NCBI GenBank assembly: GCA_965198175.1 | Contig: OZ240245.1 | Location: 2,944,001-3,008,000 of the forward strand | Length of the DNA: 64,000 nt | Source of the DNA: Candidatus Poribacteria bacterium | Lineage (GTDB): Bacteria; Poribacteria; WGA-4E; PCPOR2b | Reading direction: 5' to 3' | Shown: piece by piece, positions 1-10,187 of the stretch | Position numbering within the stretch: the stretch's first letter is position 1 | Layout of the letters: each line of letters opens with the position of its first letter | Made by a program: the position numbers and the translations under genes | Notes under the pieces: model-generated | What the model was told of the DNA's origin: nothing | Database searches by the model: none | What the model saw: only the letters and a program-made list of their open reading frames with translations

Positions 1-102
1 GGGCCTGCGATAGTAGAGGAAATTGATTCCACCACGGTCATCCACACCGGCTACCAAGCCGCGGTAGATAGGTTCGGCAACCTTATTCTGACTAAGCTCT
101 GA
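1..102 (+). CDS. 3' end of a hydantoinase/oxoprolinase family protein (partial)
   Basis: Frame 1 reads GPAIVEEIDSTTVIHTGYQAAVDRFGNLILTKL*, matching the typical GPAIIEExxSTTVVxPG...VDxxGNL C-terminus of hydantoinase A/oxoprolinase. Confidence 0.75.
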   Translation, partial: GPAIVEEIDSTTVIHTGYQAAVDRFGNLILTKL

Positions 103-170
103 TAGCGTTGGAGAATTGCTGAAACTCCGGGAGCAGAGTGTAGGTGATAAATGACTTCGTTAGCGGTCTA

Positions 171-1367
171 TCAACCATCAATTTTAGCGACACGATCCAA
201 AATAATATCTGCGATTTCTCGCTTGGGTAGCAGGGAAAGCTGTTCATGCGTGCCGTCACGATCCAATAGAGTCACAACGTTTGTATCGCCTTCAAACCCT
301 GCTCCTTTTGCCAAGATGTCATTCGCTACAATCAAATCCAAGTTTTTATCGATTAACTTCTGCCGGGCGTGATTCAAGAGATCGTCCGTTTCAGCGGCAA
401 ACCCAACCATAATCTGATGGGCTTTCCGTCGTCCAAGCTCCTGTGCGATGTCAGGGTTTTTTTCGAGTTGAATTGTTAGCCGATCGGTTTTTTTCTTGAT
501 TTTATGAGGAGAGACAGTTTGCGGATGGTAATCTGCAACCGCTGCAGTCATAACGACGATATCCATCTGATCGAAAACCTCAGAAATTGCTTCGCGCATC
601 TCCATCGCGGTTTCAACATAATGGCAATTAATTCCGGTGGGTGGATGCATCGCTGTTGGGCCACTGATTAAGAAAACCTCCGCGCCACGGCGATGTGCTG
701 CTTCAGCAATCGCATAACCCATTTTACCGCTGGATCGATTGCTGATGAAACGAACTGGATCGAGATATTCCCGAGTCGGCCCTGCCGTCACGACAATCTT
801 TTTACGTGCCAAATCTTTGGTGACGCTCAATAGCTGTATGATGCGTTTAAGTATCACTTCGACTGTATTCATTCGTCCGATTCCCTCGCGCCCAGAGGCT
901 AGATCGCCATTGACAGGTTCAATAAATTCAAAACCGTGCTCCCTCAACTTCTGAATGTTTGCCTGCACGAATGGGTTTTGGTACATGTGCTCTTCCATCG
1001 CAGGCGCAATCAGAACGGGACAGTAAACGGAAATTGCAACGGTTGAGAGGACATCGTCCGCAATGCCATTTGCCATTTTACCAATCGCATTTGCGGTCAC
1101 GGGCACTATCGCCAGCAGATCAGCCCCATCCGCGAGTTCGATGTGACCAGGTTGCCAATCAGATCGAGCGTTAAAGAGATCTAGCAACACGGGATTGCGA
1201 GAGATGACCTGGAATTGCAGCGGTTGCACCAAGCGGGTGGCATTTTGGGTCATGACAACATGAACAGATGCACCGCGCTTCACCAATTGACTCGCCAAAT
1301 CAATGGATTTATGGATAGCGATACTACCGGTGACACCTAAGATGATTCGTTGGTCTTTCAATTCCAT
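171..1367 (-). CDS. coaBC: Bifunctional phosphopantothenoylcysteine decarboxylase/phosphopantothenate-cysteine ligase
   Basis: GVTGSIA, PAM, TAGPTREYLDPVRFISNRSSGKMG, AAVADY and GFAAET motifs. Confidence 0.97.
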   Translation of the reverse strand: MELKDQRIILGVTGSIAIHKSIDLASQLVKRGASVHVVMTQNATRLVQPLQFQVISRNPVLLDLFNARSDWQPGHIELADGADLLAIVPVTANAIGKMANGIADDVLSTVAISVYCPVLIAPAMEEHMYQNPFVQANIQKLREHGFEFIEPVNGDLASGREGIGRMNTVEVILKRIIQLLSVTKDLARKKIVVTAGPTREYLDPVRFISNRSSGKMGYAIAEAAHRRGAEVFLISGPTAMHPPTGINCHYVETAMEMREAISEVFDQMDIVVMTAAVADYHPQTVSPHKIKKKTDRLTIQLEKNPDIAQELGRRKAHQIMVGFAAETDDLLNHARQKLIDKNLDLIVANDILAKGAGFEGDTNVVTLLDRDGTHEQLSLLPKREIADIILDRVAKIDG

Positions 1368-1601
1368 TTGGTCACCGCCTCAAGAATCTCTGTTTCATTG
1401 CCTTGTTGATTATATTACAGCGTTTCGTGCTTTGTGTCTACCTTTTTGCGTAAGTCCATTTATTATGACCGTTGACATTTTATCATCCATTTTGCGAAAT
1501 ATGCGATATTACAGAGATAATGACCGTGTTTATCGGCACCTAATTCACAAAAATCGCCAAAGATTAATCGTCTTTTAACGCCTACATCCCTGACAATACA
1601 C

Positions 1602-2840
1602 ATGAAAATTCCGAAAATGCAACCGATTTTCCCTCAACGAATCCTCTTTGCTGCTCTCGCAATTGCCGCCGCTGCCAGCTTCCTGCTATGTGGATACGAA
1701 TTCATCCGAGCCGTCTCAGACTCACTGTTTATTGGTGCGTACGGGGCTGACAAACTCCCTTGGGTGATGGCTTCTGTATTTCCCGGTGTTTATCTCATGA
1801 TTCTCCTTTACGGTCGCCTCCTCTCCTGGATAGGTGCGAGTCGAGCGCTGCTCGCGACATCATTGCTCTCAGCGGCGATGATCGTATCCGCCTACGGTCT
1901 GATTTTGAAGGGTTATATCATCGCCACTGCAATCATTTATGTCTTCCGAGAGGCGTACATCGTCCTCATCATTGAGCAATACTGGGCTTTTGTCAATAGT
2001 ACACTCAGTCCCGATCAGGCACGCCGCATTAATGGTCCCTTCTGCGGTCTAGCATCGTTAGGATCGATTGCAGGGGGTTTCCTTGTGGGACAGTTGGCGG
2101 GTCGGATGGGTTCGGAAAATCTTTTACTTTTTACTGCGGGGTCTTTGCTGCCAGCCGCGGCGTGTTCAGCTGTAGCTTACGCATTGGCTGGGGCGCCACA
2201 ACCCTCAGAAGCTGAGCAAGGTGGTAAACTTGGACATACCGGACTGCGGGTGTTCCTTCAATCTCGATATCTGGTGTTCATCGGTCTGTTGGTCATAACT
2301 ACACAGATTGTTTCAACTGTGTTGGATCTGCGATTTAAGGGATTGATTGAAATTGCAATACCGGTAAAAGATGAGAGAACAGCGTTCATCGGCAATTTTT
2401 ACGCAACGATAGCTGTAGTCGCCGCCGTTCTCCAATTCATCGCTACGCCATTATTGCTGCGGTTCGTCCCCATTCGCATTGCACATCTAGCCATTCCACT
2501 AATTCATCTCATCACCTGTGGTATCCTTACCGCCTCACCGTCGCTGTTGAGCAGCGCCGCAGCATTCTTGGTTTTCAAAGCGCTTGATTACTCGATATTC
2601 CGCGCTGCTAAAGAAATCTTCTACATCCCCTTACCGTTCGATGCTCGCTATAGGGCAAAACAGATTATCGATTCCTTTGGCTATCGATCTGCAAAAAGCG
2701 GGAGTGCATTCGTAATTGCCCTAATGCGTCTCCCTGCTACAGCGTTTCCTGTGACTGCCATGATCGCGGCGACCATCTGGTCAGGTATTGTATCAAACTT
2801 AACAACGCAGTATCAGAAGGTGGAGAAAACGCAAGATTGA
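1602..2840 (+). CDS. MFS transporter of the TLC/Npt (ATP/ADP translocase-like) family
   Basis: About 12 hydrophobic segments; KALDYSIFRAAKEIFYIPL...RYRAKQIIDSFGYR resembles the Npt C-terminal motif. Confidence 0.75.
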   Translation: MKIPKMQPIFPQRILFAALAIAAAASFLLCGYEFIRAVSDSLFIGAYGADKLPWVMASVFPGVYLMILLYGRLLSWIGASRALLATSLLSAAMIVSAYGLILKGYIIATAIIYVFREAYIVLIIEQYWAFVNSTLSPDQARRINGPFCGLASLGSIAGGFLVGQLAGRMGSENLLLFTAGSLLPAAACSAVAYALAGAPQPSEAEQGGKLGHTGLRVFLQSRYLVFIGLLVITTQIVSTVLDLRFKGLIEIAIPVKDERTAFIGNFYATIAVVAAVLQFIATPLLLRFVPIRIAHLAIPLIHLITCGILTASPSLLSSAAAFLVFKALDYSIFRAAKEIFYIPLPFDARYRAKQIIDSFGYRSAKSGSAFVIALMRLPATAFPVTAMIAATIWSGIVSNLTTQYQKVEKTQD

Positions 2841-2962
2841 GTATCAGGACATTGGGAATTCAACTAAGTGGGTTCAGGAGTTAGTGGAGTAAACATTCAA
2901 AAGGAAAAGTACAAATATCGCTGTGCGGCGGAACTGAAATTTTCGTGGTGTTTTCCTCGCTC

Positions 2963-4258
2963 TCATTGGATCGCCGAAGTTGCTCTTAAAACTTTTTGCT
3001 GAAATCGATCATAAGCGAGCGCAGCGCCGGCAATATTTCCACTCGCAGGACCAAGTTGAAGCTGTGCAATAACTCCTGATCCAAAAAGATTCTCAACGGG
3101 CAACAGTTGCAGGTTTTCGTCGAGTAGTGGCAAACCGCGTACGGTTGCCACTTGGTATTGTTCAATCAGATTTGATAGAAAGGCGTATTTGCGAAGATTA
3201 AATCGGTATCCCGTTGCGAGGACAATCAAGTCAACCGCGTCAATCACCCGCTGTGTCGTGTTCAACTGTAATTGATTCAGCCGATTCATTTTTTTGATGT
3301 GAAGCACTTTGGCACCGATGCAGCGTTGGAAATTTTTGGTCGTTATGGCATATCTCTCCAGGGCTTCGGCAATATCCGGTGTAACACTCCCCTTTCCTCT
3401 GGCTTGTTGGATGACTTCGTACCGTTTCTCCCAATCGGGTTCATTGTTGAACGCCTTAATCGCCTTAGGTCCCAACCATGAGGGCTGAAAGTCAAATTGT
3501 TGGATTCTCAACGGGTTTCGTGCGATTGACACCACCTGTGTGCCCTGTTCAACGAGGCATTTTGCAAGGGTGCCAGCCGTCAATCCACCGCCGATTATGA
3601 CGACTTTCTGCATTTCCTTCGGAAACGTTGCATGTTCATGACGTTGTCCGAAAGCCTGTAGGTCGAAATCCCGTGAATGCACTATTCGTTCCGGAAACCG
3701 GTCTCGCCAGTGCACGAATTCCGGTGGCATGTATGAACAATCATCAGAACCCATAGCCAGGATAACGCAACGTGCACGAAACCCTTCATTGTGCTGAGAG
3801 ATAATTCTGAACGGAAACCTACTGCCCCCTTTATCCCATCGCAAATTGGCGACATCAAAATGGTAATAGAACGAACGAATCTGTTGTTGATTGATTTCGT
3901 GGCGGCAAAAATCAAGAAAAAGATCGGTTGAGGGTTGTGAATACGGCGGTGCAAGTTCATCAGTGCGGTCGTGATTTCTAGCGTACTCTACGATTCCCAG
4001 CGCATCCATTCCGACATGATGCACAGCAGGAGATCTCAAAAACGTCATGCCCTGTCTTTGCGTTTTTCTCAGCCATGCGGTCAACGGTTGCGGATCGCGA
4101 TCGAGAATGACGAGATGTTTCAACGCTGCGGCCCCTGAAATCTGGCGTTTCTCCAAATCTCGAATTAGCCGCATGGCGATTGACATTCCGTGAATGCCAC
4201 CTCCAATGATTACAACGGGGATATTTTGATGACTGAGGCTCAACATGGATTCAATCAC
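2963..4258 (-). CDS. FAD/NAD(P)-dependent oxidoreductase (lysine N6-hydroxylase/monooxygenase-like)
   Basis: Two Rossmann motifs (IIGGGIHG, IIGGGLTA), LRSPxxHH and LATGY. Confidence 0.8.
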   Translation of the reverse strand: MIESMLSLSHQNIPVVIIGGGIHGMSIAMRLIRDLEKRQISGAAALKHLVILDRDPQPLTAWLRKTQRQGMTFLRSPAVHHVGMDALGIVEYARNHDRTDELAPPYSQPSTDLFLDFCRHEINQQQIRSFYYHFDVANLRWDKGGSRFPFRIISQHNEGFRARCVILAMGSDDCSYMPPEFVHWRDRFPERIVHSRDFDLQAFGQRHEHATFPKEMQKVVIIGGGLTAGTLAKCLVEQGTQVVSIARNPLRIQQFDFQPSWLGPKAIKAFNNEPDWEKRYEVIQQARGKGSVTPDIAEALERYAITTKNFQRCIGAKVLHIKKMNRLNQLQLNTTQRVIDAVDLIVLATGYRFNLRKYAFLSNLIEQYQVATVRGLPLLDENLQLLPVENLFGSGVIAQLQLGPASGNIAGAALAYDRFQQKVLRATSAIQ

Positions 4259-4497
4259 AAACCCCGCAAATTACGTGCGTATTACATCATGAATTCCTGA
4301 TTGCTTGTGTGTCGCGCAGATGCCTCATCTTTTTCAGTGATTAATTCTCAAACAGCCACAGTTTTACGCAGCGGCAGGCTATGGACGCTGATTTGGTGAA
4401 GGATTTCAATATTACTCTTATAATTCGCACTGACTTGGTACATCGGAATCATCGTGATTGGGATTTTTCTACCATCCCTACTTTTCTCCACCTTCGA

Positions 4498-7008
4498 TCA
4501 ATCGCTTAAGGATTCAGAATAGTTACACGTTTTGTTATAGCAAACAAGTTGGCGTCCCTCTGATTTTGTCACTTTTTCAAGAAGGAACGGCGACTGACAC
4601 TGTGGGCAGGGCTGAGAAGCAGGTTTGTCCCAGAGCACAAATTTACAATCCGGATAGTTGCTGCAGCCGTAAAAGATTTTCCCACGTTTGCTGCGACGTT
4701 CCCCGATGTATCCATCGCATCCTTTCTCTGGACAATCAACACCGATGCTAATCGGCTTTGCATTCTTGCACTCCGGGTAGCCCGTACATGCGAGGAACTT
4801 GCCTCCAGCGCGATTAGTTTTGATCGCCATCGGACGACCGCACTTGTCGCAGATCTCATCCGTCGATTCCTCCTCGACCGGATTGGCTCCGCTTTCCGCA
4901 TTGTTACACGTTTCGTCATAGCAGACAAGATGGTGCCCACCTGCTTTGGTCGTTTTTTCAAGGAGAAATGGAGACTGACACCGTGGGCAGGGCTGACAAA
5001 CAGGTTTATCCCAGAGTACAAACGTACAATCTGGATAGTTGCTGCAGCCGTAGAAAACATTCCCACGTTTGCTGCTACGTTCCCCGAGATATCCATCACA
5101 GCCCTCCTCTGGACAATCAACACCGATACTGATCGGCTTTGCATTCTTGCACTCCGGGTAGCCCGTACATGCGAGAAACTTGCTTCCAGTGCGATTGGGT
5201 TTGATTGCCATTGGACGTCCACACTTATCACAAATCTGATCGGTTTTTTGCTCCATCCCTTTCATTGCGTTGCGCATAACATCGGGTGCTGCGCTCAAAG
5301 CGCTACTGAAGGGCTGATAAAATGTATCCAGTGTCGCCACCCAATCCATTTTGCCGTCCTCAATCTCGTCAAGCTGTTGCTCCATTTTCGCCGTAAATTG
5401 CGCATCAACAATTTCGGGAAACCCCTTAACGAGGAGCTGATTGACCAGTTTTCCAATATCTTGTGGAACAAACCGTCCTTTTTCCTTGACGACGTACTCT
5501 CTATCCTGAATTTTTGAGATTATTTCGGCGTATGTGCTCGGACGACCAATTTCTTTTTCTTCTAACTCTTTGACAAGGGTTGCCTCAGTATATCGAGGTG
5601 GCGGCTGAGTGTAATGCTGTTTAGGAAGGGATTTGAGAAGCTCAAGGATTTCACCAACCTTCAGTTCCGGCAATATCCTCTCCTCTTCATTGTCCTCATC
5701 CTTGCCTCGGTCGCCTTCGTCACGACTTTCCATATAGACAACCATGAATCCCTTGAACTTGATAATGGAGCCGGTTGCACGGAAGAGATATTCACCTGCG
5801 GATACATCAATCGTTGTAACATCCAGAAGAGCGGGGGGCATCTGGCTGGCAACAAATCGCTTCCAGATGAGATCATAGAGTCGATATTGCTCAACGGACA
5901 AATGCGGTTTCAACGACTCAGGCGTTCGCTCAACAGATGTTGGTCGGATTGCTTCATGAGCATCCTGCGCACCTTTCCTGCCTTTGTAATGGACTGGGCG
6001 CGTCGGAAGGTACTCGCCTCCATAAGTTTTTTCGATATACGATCGCGCTTCGTTAATGGCTTCATTCGAAACACGTGTGGAATCGGTACGCATGTACGTA
6101 ATCAGTCCGACAGAGCCGTCTGCACCAACCTCAAGCCCCTCATAGAGTTGTTGGGCAATCGTCATTGTACGTTTCGCGGTAAATCTGCACTTGCGCGCGG
6201 CTTCCTGTTGTAAAGCACTTGTGATGAACGGAGGAACAGGATTCCGCTTCCGTTCACGCCTTTGAACGGTTTTGACAACAAACTGTTTCGTTCTCGCATC
6301 TTCAACGATTTCATTCGCACGTGCCTCATCAATTGGGAATCCATAAGTGCTAATTGACCCCTTCTCATCTCCAACCTGAATCAACTTGGCGTCAAACGGT
6401 TCCGTCTGTTCGCCTTTCACCGTTGCCGTTATCGTCCAATATTCCTGGGGTACAAAAGCGTCAATTTCAGCTTCCCGTTCACAGATAAGTCTTACAGCAA
6501 CAGACTGAACTCGCCCGGCACTCAGACCGGGTTTCAGAGTCCGCCATAGGAGAGGGCTAATTTGATAGCCGACCAATCGATCGAGTATTCGCCGCGCTTG
6601 CTGTGCATCGACAAGGTCTTGGTTGACCTGTCCGGGGTTATTGATAGCAGCCTGGATCGCACTCTTAGTAACCTCGTTGTAGGTGATACGGTAAATCGGC
6701 TTCTTCGCTTTCCCCAACTCATGGGCGAGATGCCAACATATCGCCTCGCCCTCTCGATCCAGGTCAGCGGCAAGATAAATGGAGTCAACATCCTTTGCGG
6801 CGGATTGAAGCTCCTTGATAGTTTTTCCCTTGCCACGAATCAGGGTATACTTCGGTGTAAATCCGTTGTCGACATCAACGCCAAGTTCTTTCGTAGGCAG
6901 ATCACGGACATGCCCCATAGAGGCTTTAACGATATAATTTCGACCCAGAAATTTGTTTATTGTCTTCGCCTTCGCGGGTGATTCAACAACAACTAATGAT
7001 TTCGGCAT
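4498..7008 (-). CDS. topA: DNA topoisomerase I with duplicated C-terminal zinc ribbons
   Basis: MPKSLVVVESPAKAKTI Toprim start (ATG at 7008), SAGRVQS, ITYMRTDS (catalytic Tyr), multiple Cys zinc-ribbon motifs. Confidence 0.98.
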   Translation of the reverse strand: MPKSLVVVESPAKAKTINKFLGRNYIVKASMGHVRDLPTKELGVDVDNGFTPKYTLIRGKGKTIKELQSAAKDVDSIYLAADLDREGEAICWHLAHELGKAKKPIYRITYNEVTKSAIQAAINNPGQVNQDLVDAQQARRILDRLVGYQISPLLWRTLKPGLSAGRVQSVAVRLICEREAEIDAFVPQEYWTITATVKGEQTEPFDAKLIQVGDEKGSISTYGFPIDEARANEIVEDARTKQFVVKTVQRRERKRNPVPPFITSALQQEAARKCRFTAKRTMTIAQQLYEGLEVGADGSVGLITYMRTDSTRVSNEAINEARSYIEKTYGGEYLPTRPVHYKGRKGAQDAHEAIRPTSVERTPESLKPHLSVEQYRLYDLIWKRFVASQMPPALLDVTTIDVSAGEYLFRATGSIIKFKGFMVVYMESRDEGDRGKDEDNEEERILPELKVGEILELLKSLPKQHYTQPPPRYTEATLVKELEEKEIGRPSTYAEIISKIQDREYVVKEKGRFVPQDIGKLVNQLLVKGFPEIVDAQFTAKMEQQLDEIEDGKMDWVATLDTFYQPFSSALSAAPDVMRNAMKGMEQKTDQICDKCGRPMAIKPNRTGSKFLACTGYPECKNAKPISIGVDCPEEGCDGYLGERSSKRGNVFYGCSNYPDCTFVLWDKPVCQPCPRCQSPFLLEKTTKAGGHHLVCYDETCNNAESGANPVEEESTDEICDKCGRPMAIKTNRAGGKFLACTGYPECKNAKPISIGVDCPEKGCDGYIGERRSKRGKIFYGCSNYPDCKFVLWDKPASQPCPQCQSPFLLEKVTKSEGRQLVCYNKTCNYSESLSD
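4521..5244. repeat. Intragenic tandem duplication in topA, period 381 bp (127 aa)
   Basis: GCATTCTTGCACTCCGGGTAGCCCGTACATGCGAG occurs at 4760 and 5141; protein repeat ICDKCGRPMAIK...FLACTGYPECKNAKPISIGVDCP... Confidence 0.95.
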
Positions 7009-7101
7009 TATCAGATCTCCGTATCCGTATAATTGCAGCCATAACACTATCTACACGATTCAACACTCTCCCTTGGAAATACAAAGCCGCAGGGAAACAG
7101 G

Positions 7102-7899
7102 TTACGAGGCGCCAGACGAATGAAGTCCATCTGCATGAAAATTAAGGAGGTCAGTGAGAAGCGATCGCATTTCGCTGCGATGAACAATAATGTCAATTAG
7201 TCCGTGGTCAAGTAAGAACTCGGCTTTTTGGAAATTATCGGGAAGTTGCTCGCGGATACTCGCGACGGCTAAGGGACCAGCAAAACCAATCCGCGCCCCC
7301 GGCTCAGCAACGATGATGTGCCCAAGTGACGCAAAACTAGCGGTTGTGCCGCCAAACGTTGGGTCTGTCATCACCGATATGTAAAAGAGTTCCGCCTTGG
7401 AGTGCTCGACACAGGCAGCAGCCGTCTTCGCCATTTGCATCAGTGCCAACGTGCCTTCTTGCATCCGCATCCCGCCACTCACAGAAATAGTAATCAATGG
7501 AAGCTTCTCCTCAGTCGCTCGCTCAATGCAGCGTGTTAACTTTTCACCTGCAACTGATCCGACTGTGCCGCCTCTAATTCCGACATCCGCAATTCCAATT
7601 GCCATCGGGTATCCGCCAATCTTTGCGATGCCCGCGAGCATTTCGGATTTTAAACCAGTTTTAGCAAAGTCCTGTTCTAGTTTTGCCTCATAGTCCGGGA
7701 AGTTCAACGGGTTCAGCGAATACAATCCGTTATCGTATCCTTCAAAGGTACCATCATCTACCAGGAGCTTGAGCCGTTCATCAGCGCTCATGTAATGATG
7801 GTAGTCACATTCTAGACATACTTTATGAGCGTCCAAGAATACTGACTCCTGAATGTCGGCGTTACAATTTCGACAGGAAATTGATTTTGAAACTACCAT
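7102..7899 (-). CDS. accD: Acetyl-CoA carboxylase carboxyltransferase beta subunit (divergent)
   Basis: N-terminal CxxC...CxxC zinc finger, SGGxRMQEG, GGTTASFA, AEPGARIGFAG. Confidence 0.9.
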   Translation of the reverse strand: MVVSKSISCRNCNADIQESVFLDAHKVCLECDYHHYMSADERLKLLVDDGTFEGYDNGLYSLNPLNFPDYEAKLEQDFAKTGLKSEMLAGIAKIGGYPMAIGIADVGIRGGTVGSVAGEKLTRCIERATEEKLPLITISVSGGMRMQEGTLALMQMAKTAAACVEHSKAELFYISVMTDPTFGGTTASFASLGHIIVAEPGARIGFAGPLAVASIREQLPDNFQKAEFLLDHGLIDIIVHRSEMRSLLTDLLNFHADGLHSSGAS

Positions 7900-8175
7900 G
7901 CTTCCGCTCCTAGTACCCTCTCAGTTTGAGATGAGGCGATTTCCAAATCTCCCTTAAATCTCCGATGAAATAGAAGTTGACTGCCTTTCCTATTTGATTG
8001 TGCACCTGCTAGTGTGTTCATGCAGACGGGTGCGCAAGTGGGAAGCGATGGAGGTTAGAGAAGATTGCTGAAGATTATTTGGCTGGGTAGCTCATCCTAA
8101 TTGATTTCATCTGCAGCTAGAATTCGTCTGTTCCCCATATCGGGCAAAAATGTATGTTGCCCTCTCAAAAAGCGT

Positions 8176-8204
8176 ATGATACATTTGACAATGGGGATTG
8201 TCAA
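8176..8204 (-). promoter_or_regulatory. Sigma70-type promoter for accD, overlapped by a perfect palindrome
   Basis: Minus strand TTGACA-N17-TATCAT; palindrome TTGACAAT-GGGG-ATTGTCAA at 8185-8204. Confidence 0.6.
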
Positions 8205-8347
8205 GCAAAAATGGTCAGTGGCAATGTTCTAATAGATTGGGATTTCCGCTGTGCTCAATTTTTAATTTGTTCCGACACGTCGGAGAACTCTCCCCCTAAC
8301 TATCTCTAGGCGGATTTCTGTAATGACCCATTGCAAAAAACGTAGGA

Positions 8348-9775
8348 CTAATTGAGTTCAATTCCCAACTTCTTAATCTTCTGCAGCAACGTTGTACGGC
8401 TGATTCCCAACAATTTCGCCGATTTCGTTTGATTTGCATCGACACTCTCAAGTATCAGCCGGATTAGCGCACCATCCACAGCATCCATCACTTCATTATA
8501 TAGCGAATCGTGATTGTGTGCCACGGCTTCCTGGATAGCCGGTCTCAAAGCAGATTCAAGTTGATTCTCTAGTTCCGGACGGTTTGAATGTTCCTTTTCT
8601 CTGCAACTCAGAATTTCGGGAGGAAGATATTCTGGTAGGACGATATCCGATCTTGAGAGAACAGCGGCGCTTTTAAGCGCGTTTTCTAACTCTCTTACAT
8701 TCCCCGGCCAATCGTATTCCTGCAACAACTCCAGGCACCGACTCGATACGCCCCTAATAGGTTTCTCTAGCTCTGCGCTAATCAACATCAAGAGGTGATC
8801 GACTAACAGCGGAATGTCCTCAACGCGCTCGCGCAACGGTGGCAGATGGATTGAGAGGCGTTTAAAACGGTAATAGAGATCTTCACGAAATCTCCCAAGT
8901 CTGGCAGCCTCGCCAAGATCTCGATTAGTTACAGCAATGATGCGCACATTAACTTTGATTGTTTCGGTTCCGCCTACCCTTTCGATTTCTTGTTCCTGTA
9001 AGGCACGCTGCAATTTGACCTGTAGCGCTGGGCTCATATTCGCCACTTCATCAAGCAACAGCGTCCCCCCGTCTGCAAGCTCAAATCTGCCCGGTTTCCC
9101 CTTTGTGCTTGCCCCTGTGAATGCACCTGGCTCGTATCCAAAGAGTTCGCTTTCTAGAAGCTCGTCCGGCAACGCGCCGCAGTTGACGGCGACAAAGGGT
9201 TTGTCTCTACGCATGCTATTCGCATGAATCGCTTGTGCGATTAACTCCTTCCCCGTTCCGCTTTCTCCTTCGATTAGCACCGTGATGGTGTTGGTTGCCA
9301 TGATGCCTATCAGCTTGTAAATCTCTTGCATCTGTGGGGATTTTCCAACGAGACGAGGTCCCAAGAACGAGCTTGGCATTTCCGCCTCCATTGAAGGAAG
9401 CTCGCCACGAGCAGTTTGCATCTCGACTGCGCGATCAAGTACCGCCTTCACTTTATCAAGATCAATCGGTTTGGGGAGAAAGTCAAATGCCTGCAACTTC
9501 ATGGCTTGGATGGTCGTATCCACGTCATCATATGCTGTCATCACGACAGCAATCGCATCCGGCTGCATTGATTTAACCTGCTTCAAGGCGTCCAACCCGC
9601 TCATGCCCGGCAATCGGACATCAAGTAAAACAATATCAGGGTTCTCAGATTTAATCTGCCGTAAACCCTCCTCTGCATTATTGGCGATAATCGGTTTGTA
9701 GCCTTCCTCGGCTAAAAACTGCTCAAACGCCCAACAGATTTTTTCATCATCATCAACCACTAGAATTTTCTTCAT
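8348..9775 (-). CDS. Sigma54-dependent response regulator (NtrC family: REC, AAA+, Fis-type HTH)
   Basis: LVVDDD receiver, GESGTGKE Walker A, ELFGYEPGAFTGA, WPGNVREL, C-terminal HTH. Confidence 0.96.
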   Translation of the reverse strand: MKKILVVDDDEKICWAFEQFLAEEGYKPIIANNAEEGLRQIKSENPDIVLLDVRLPGMSGLDALKQVKSMQPDAIAVVMTAYDDVDTTIQAMKLQAFDFLPKPIDLDKVKAVLDRAVEMQTARGELPSMEAEMPSSFLGPRLVGKSPQMQEIYKLIGIMATNTITVLIEGESGTGKELIAQAIHANSMRRDKPFVAVNCGALPDELLESELFGYEPGAFTGASTKGKPGRFELADGGTLLLDEVANMSPALQVKLQRALQEQEIERVGGTETIKVNVRIIAVTNRDLGEAARLGRFREDLYYRFKRLSIHLPPLRERVEDIPLLVDHLLMLISAELEKPIRGVSSRCLELLQEYDWPGNVRELENALKSAAVLSRSDIVLPEYLPPEILSCREKEHSNRPELENQLESALRPAIQEAVAHNHDSLYNEVMDAVDGALIRLILESVDANQTKSAKLLGISRTTLLQKIKKLGIELN

Positions 9776-10187
9776 AATGCACCTAAGCGTACGAGTTTAA
9801 CAGCTAGTATCTTATCATGTTTCAGCCGAAGTTTCAAGCCAGATGATGTATTCCGTGCTCACTTCTTCTTCGCTTTTCTTCTCTCAATCATCCGTGATAG
9901 CCATCTTGATATCCCTACCTGGGTCAAGTCTCAATCAATTACCCTGATGGACGCTCTCAAGTTTGGTTCCAGAAGTGAGAACTAGACACTACTGAAAACG
10001 CCAAATCCAATTGGAAGATAGCTCTCCGATGGCTTCTATTCTATCCGAAAGTACTGAGCGAGTTTCAAATAATTATATTGCATTTTCGCGGCGATAAAGT
10101 TATCCTTAATATGGTCCGAACCACTTAACCTAGGAGCATAAGAGGAACAATGTTCAAATCTTACATTTGAATTTGCGTACAGTAATT

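Noticed and set aside
4569..6981. Long alternative-frame and antisense ORFs over topA (and similar ones over other genes)
   Set aside because: Shadow ORFs overlapping well-supported genes, with no motifs
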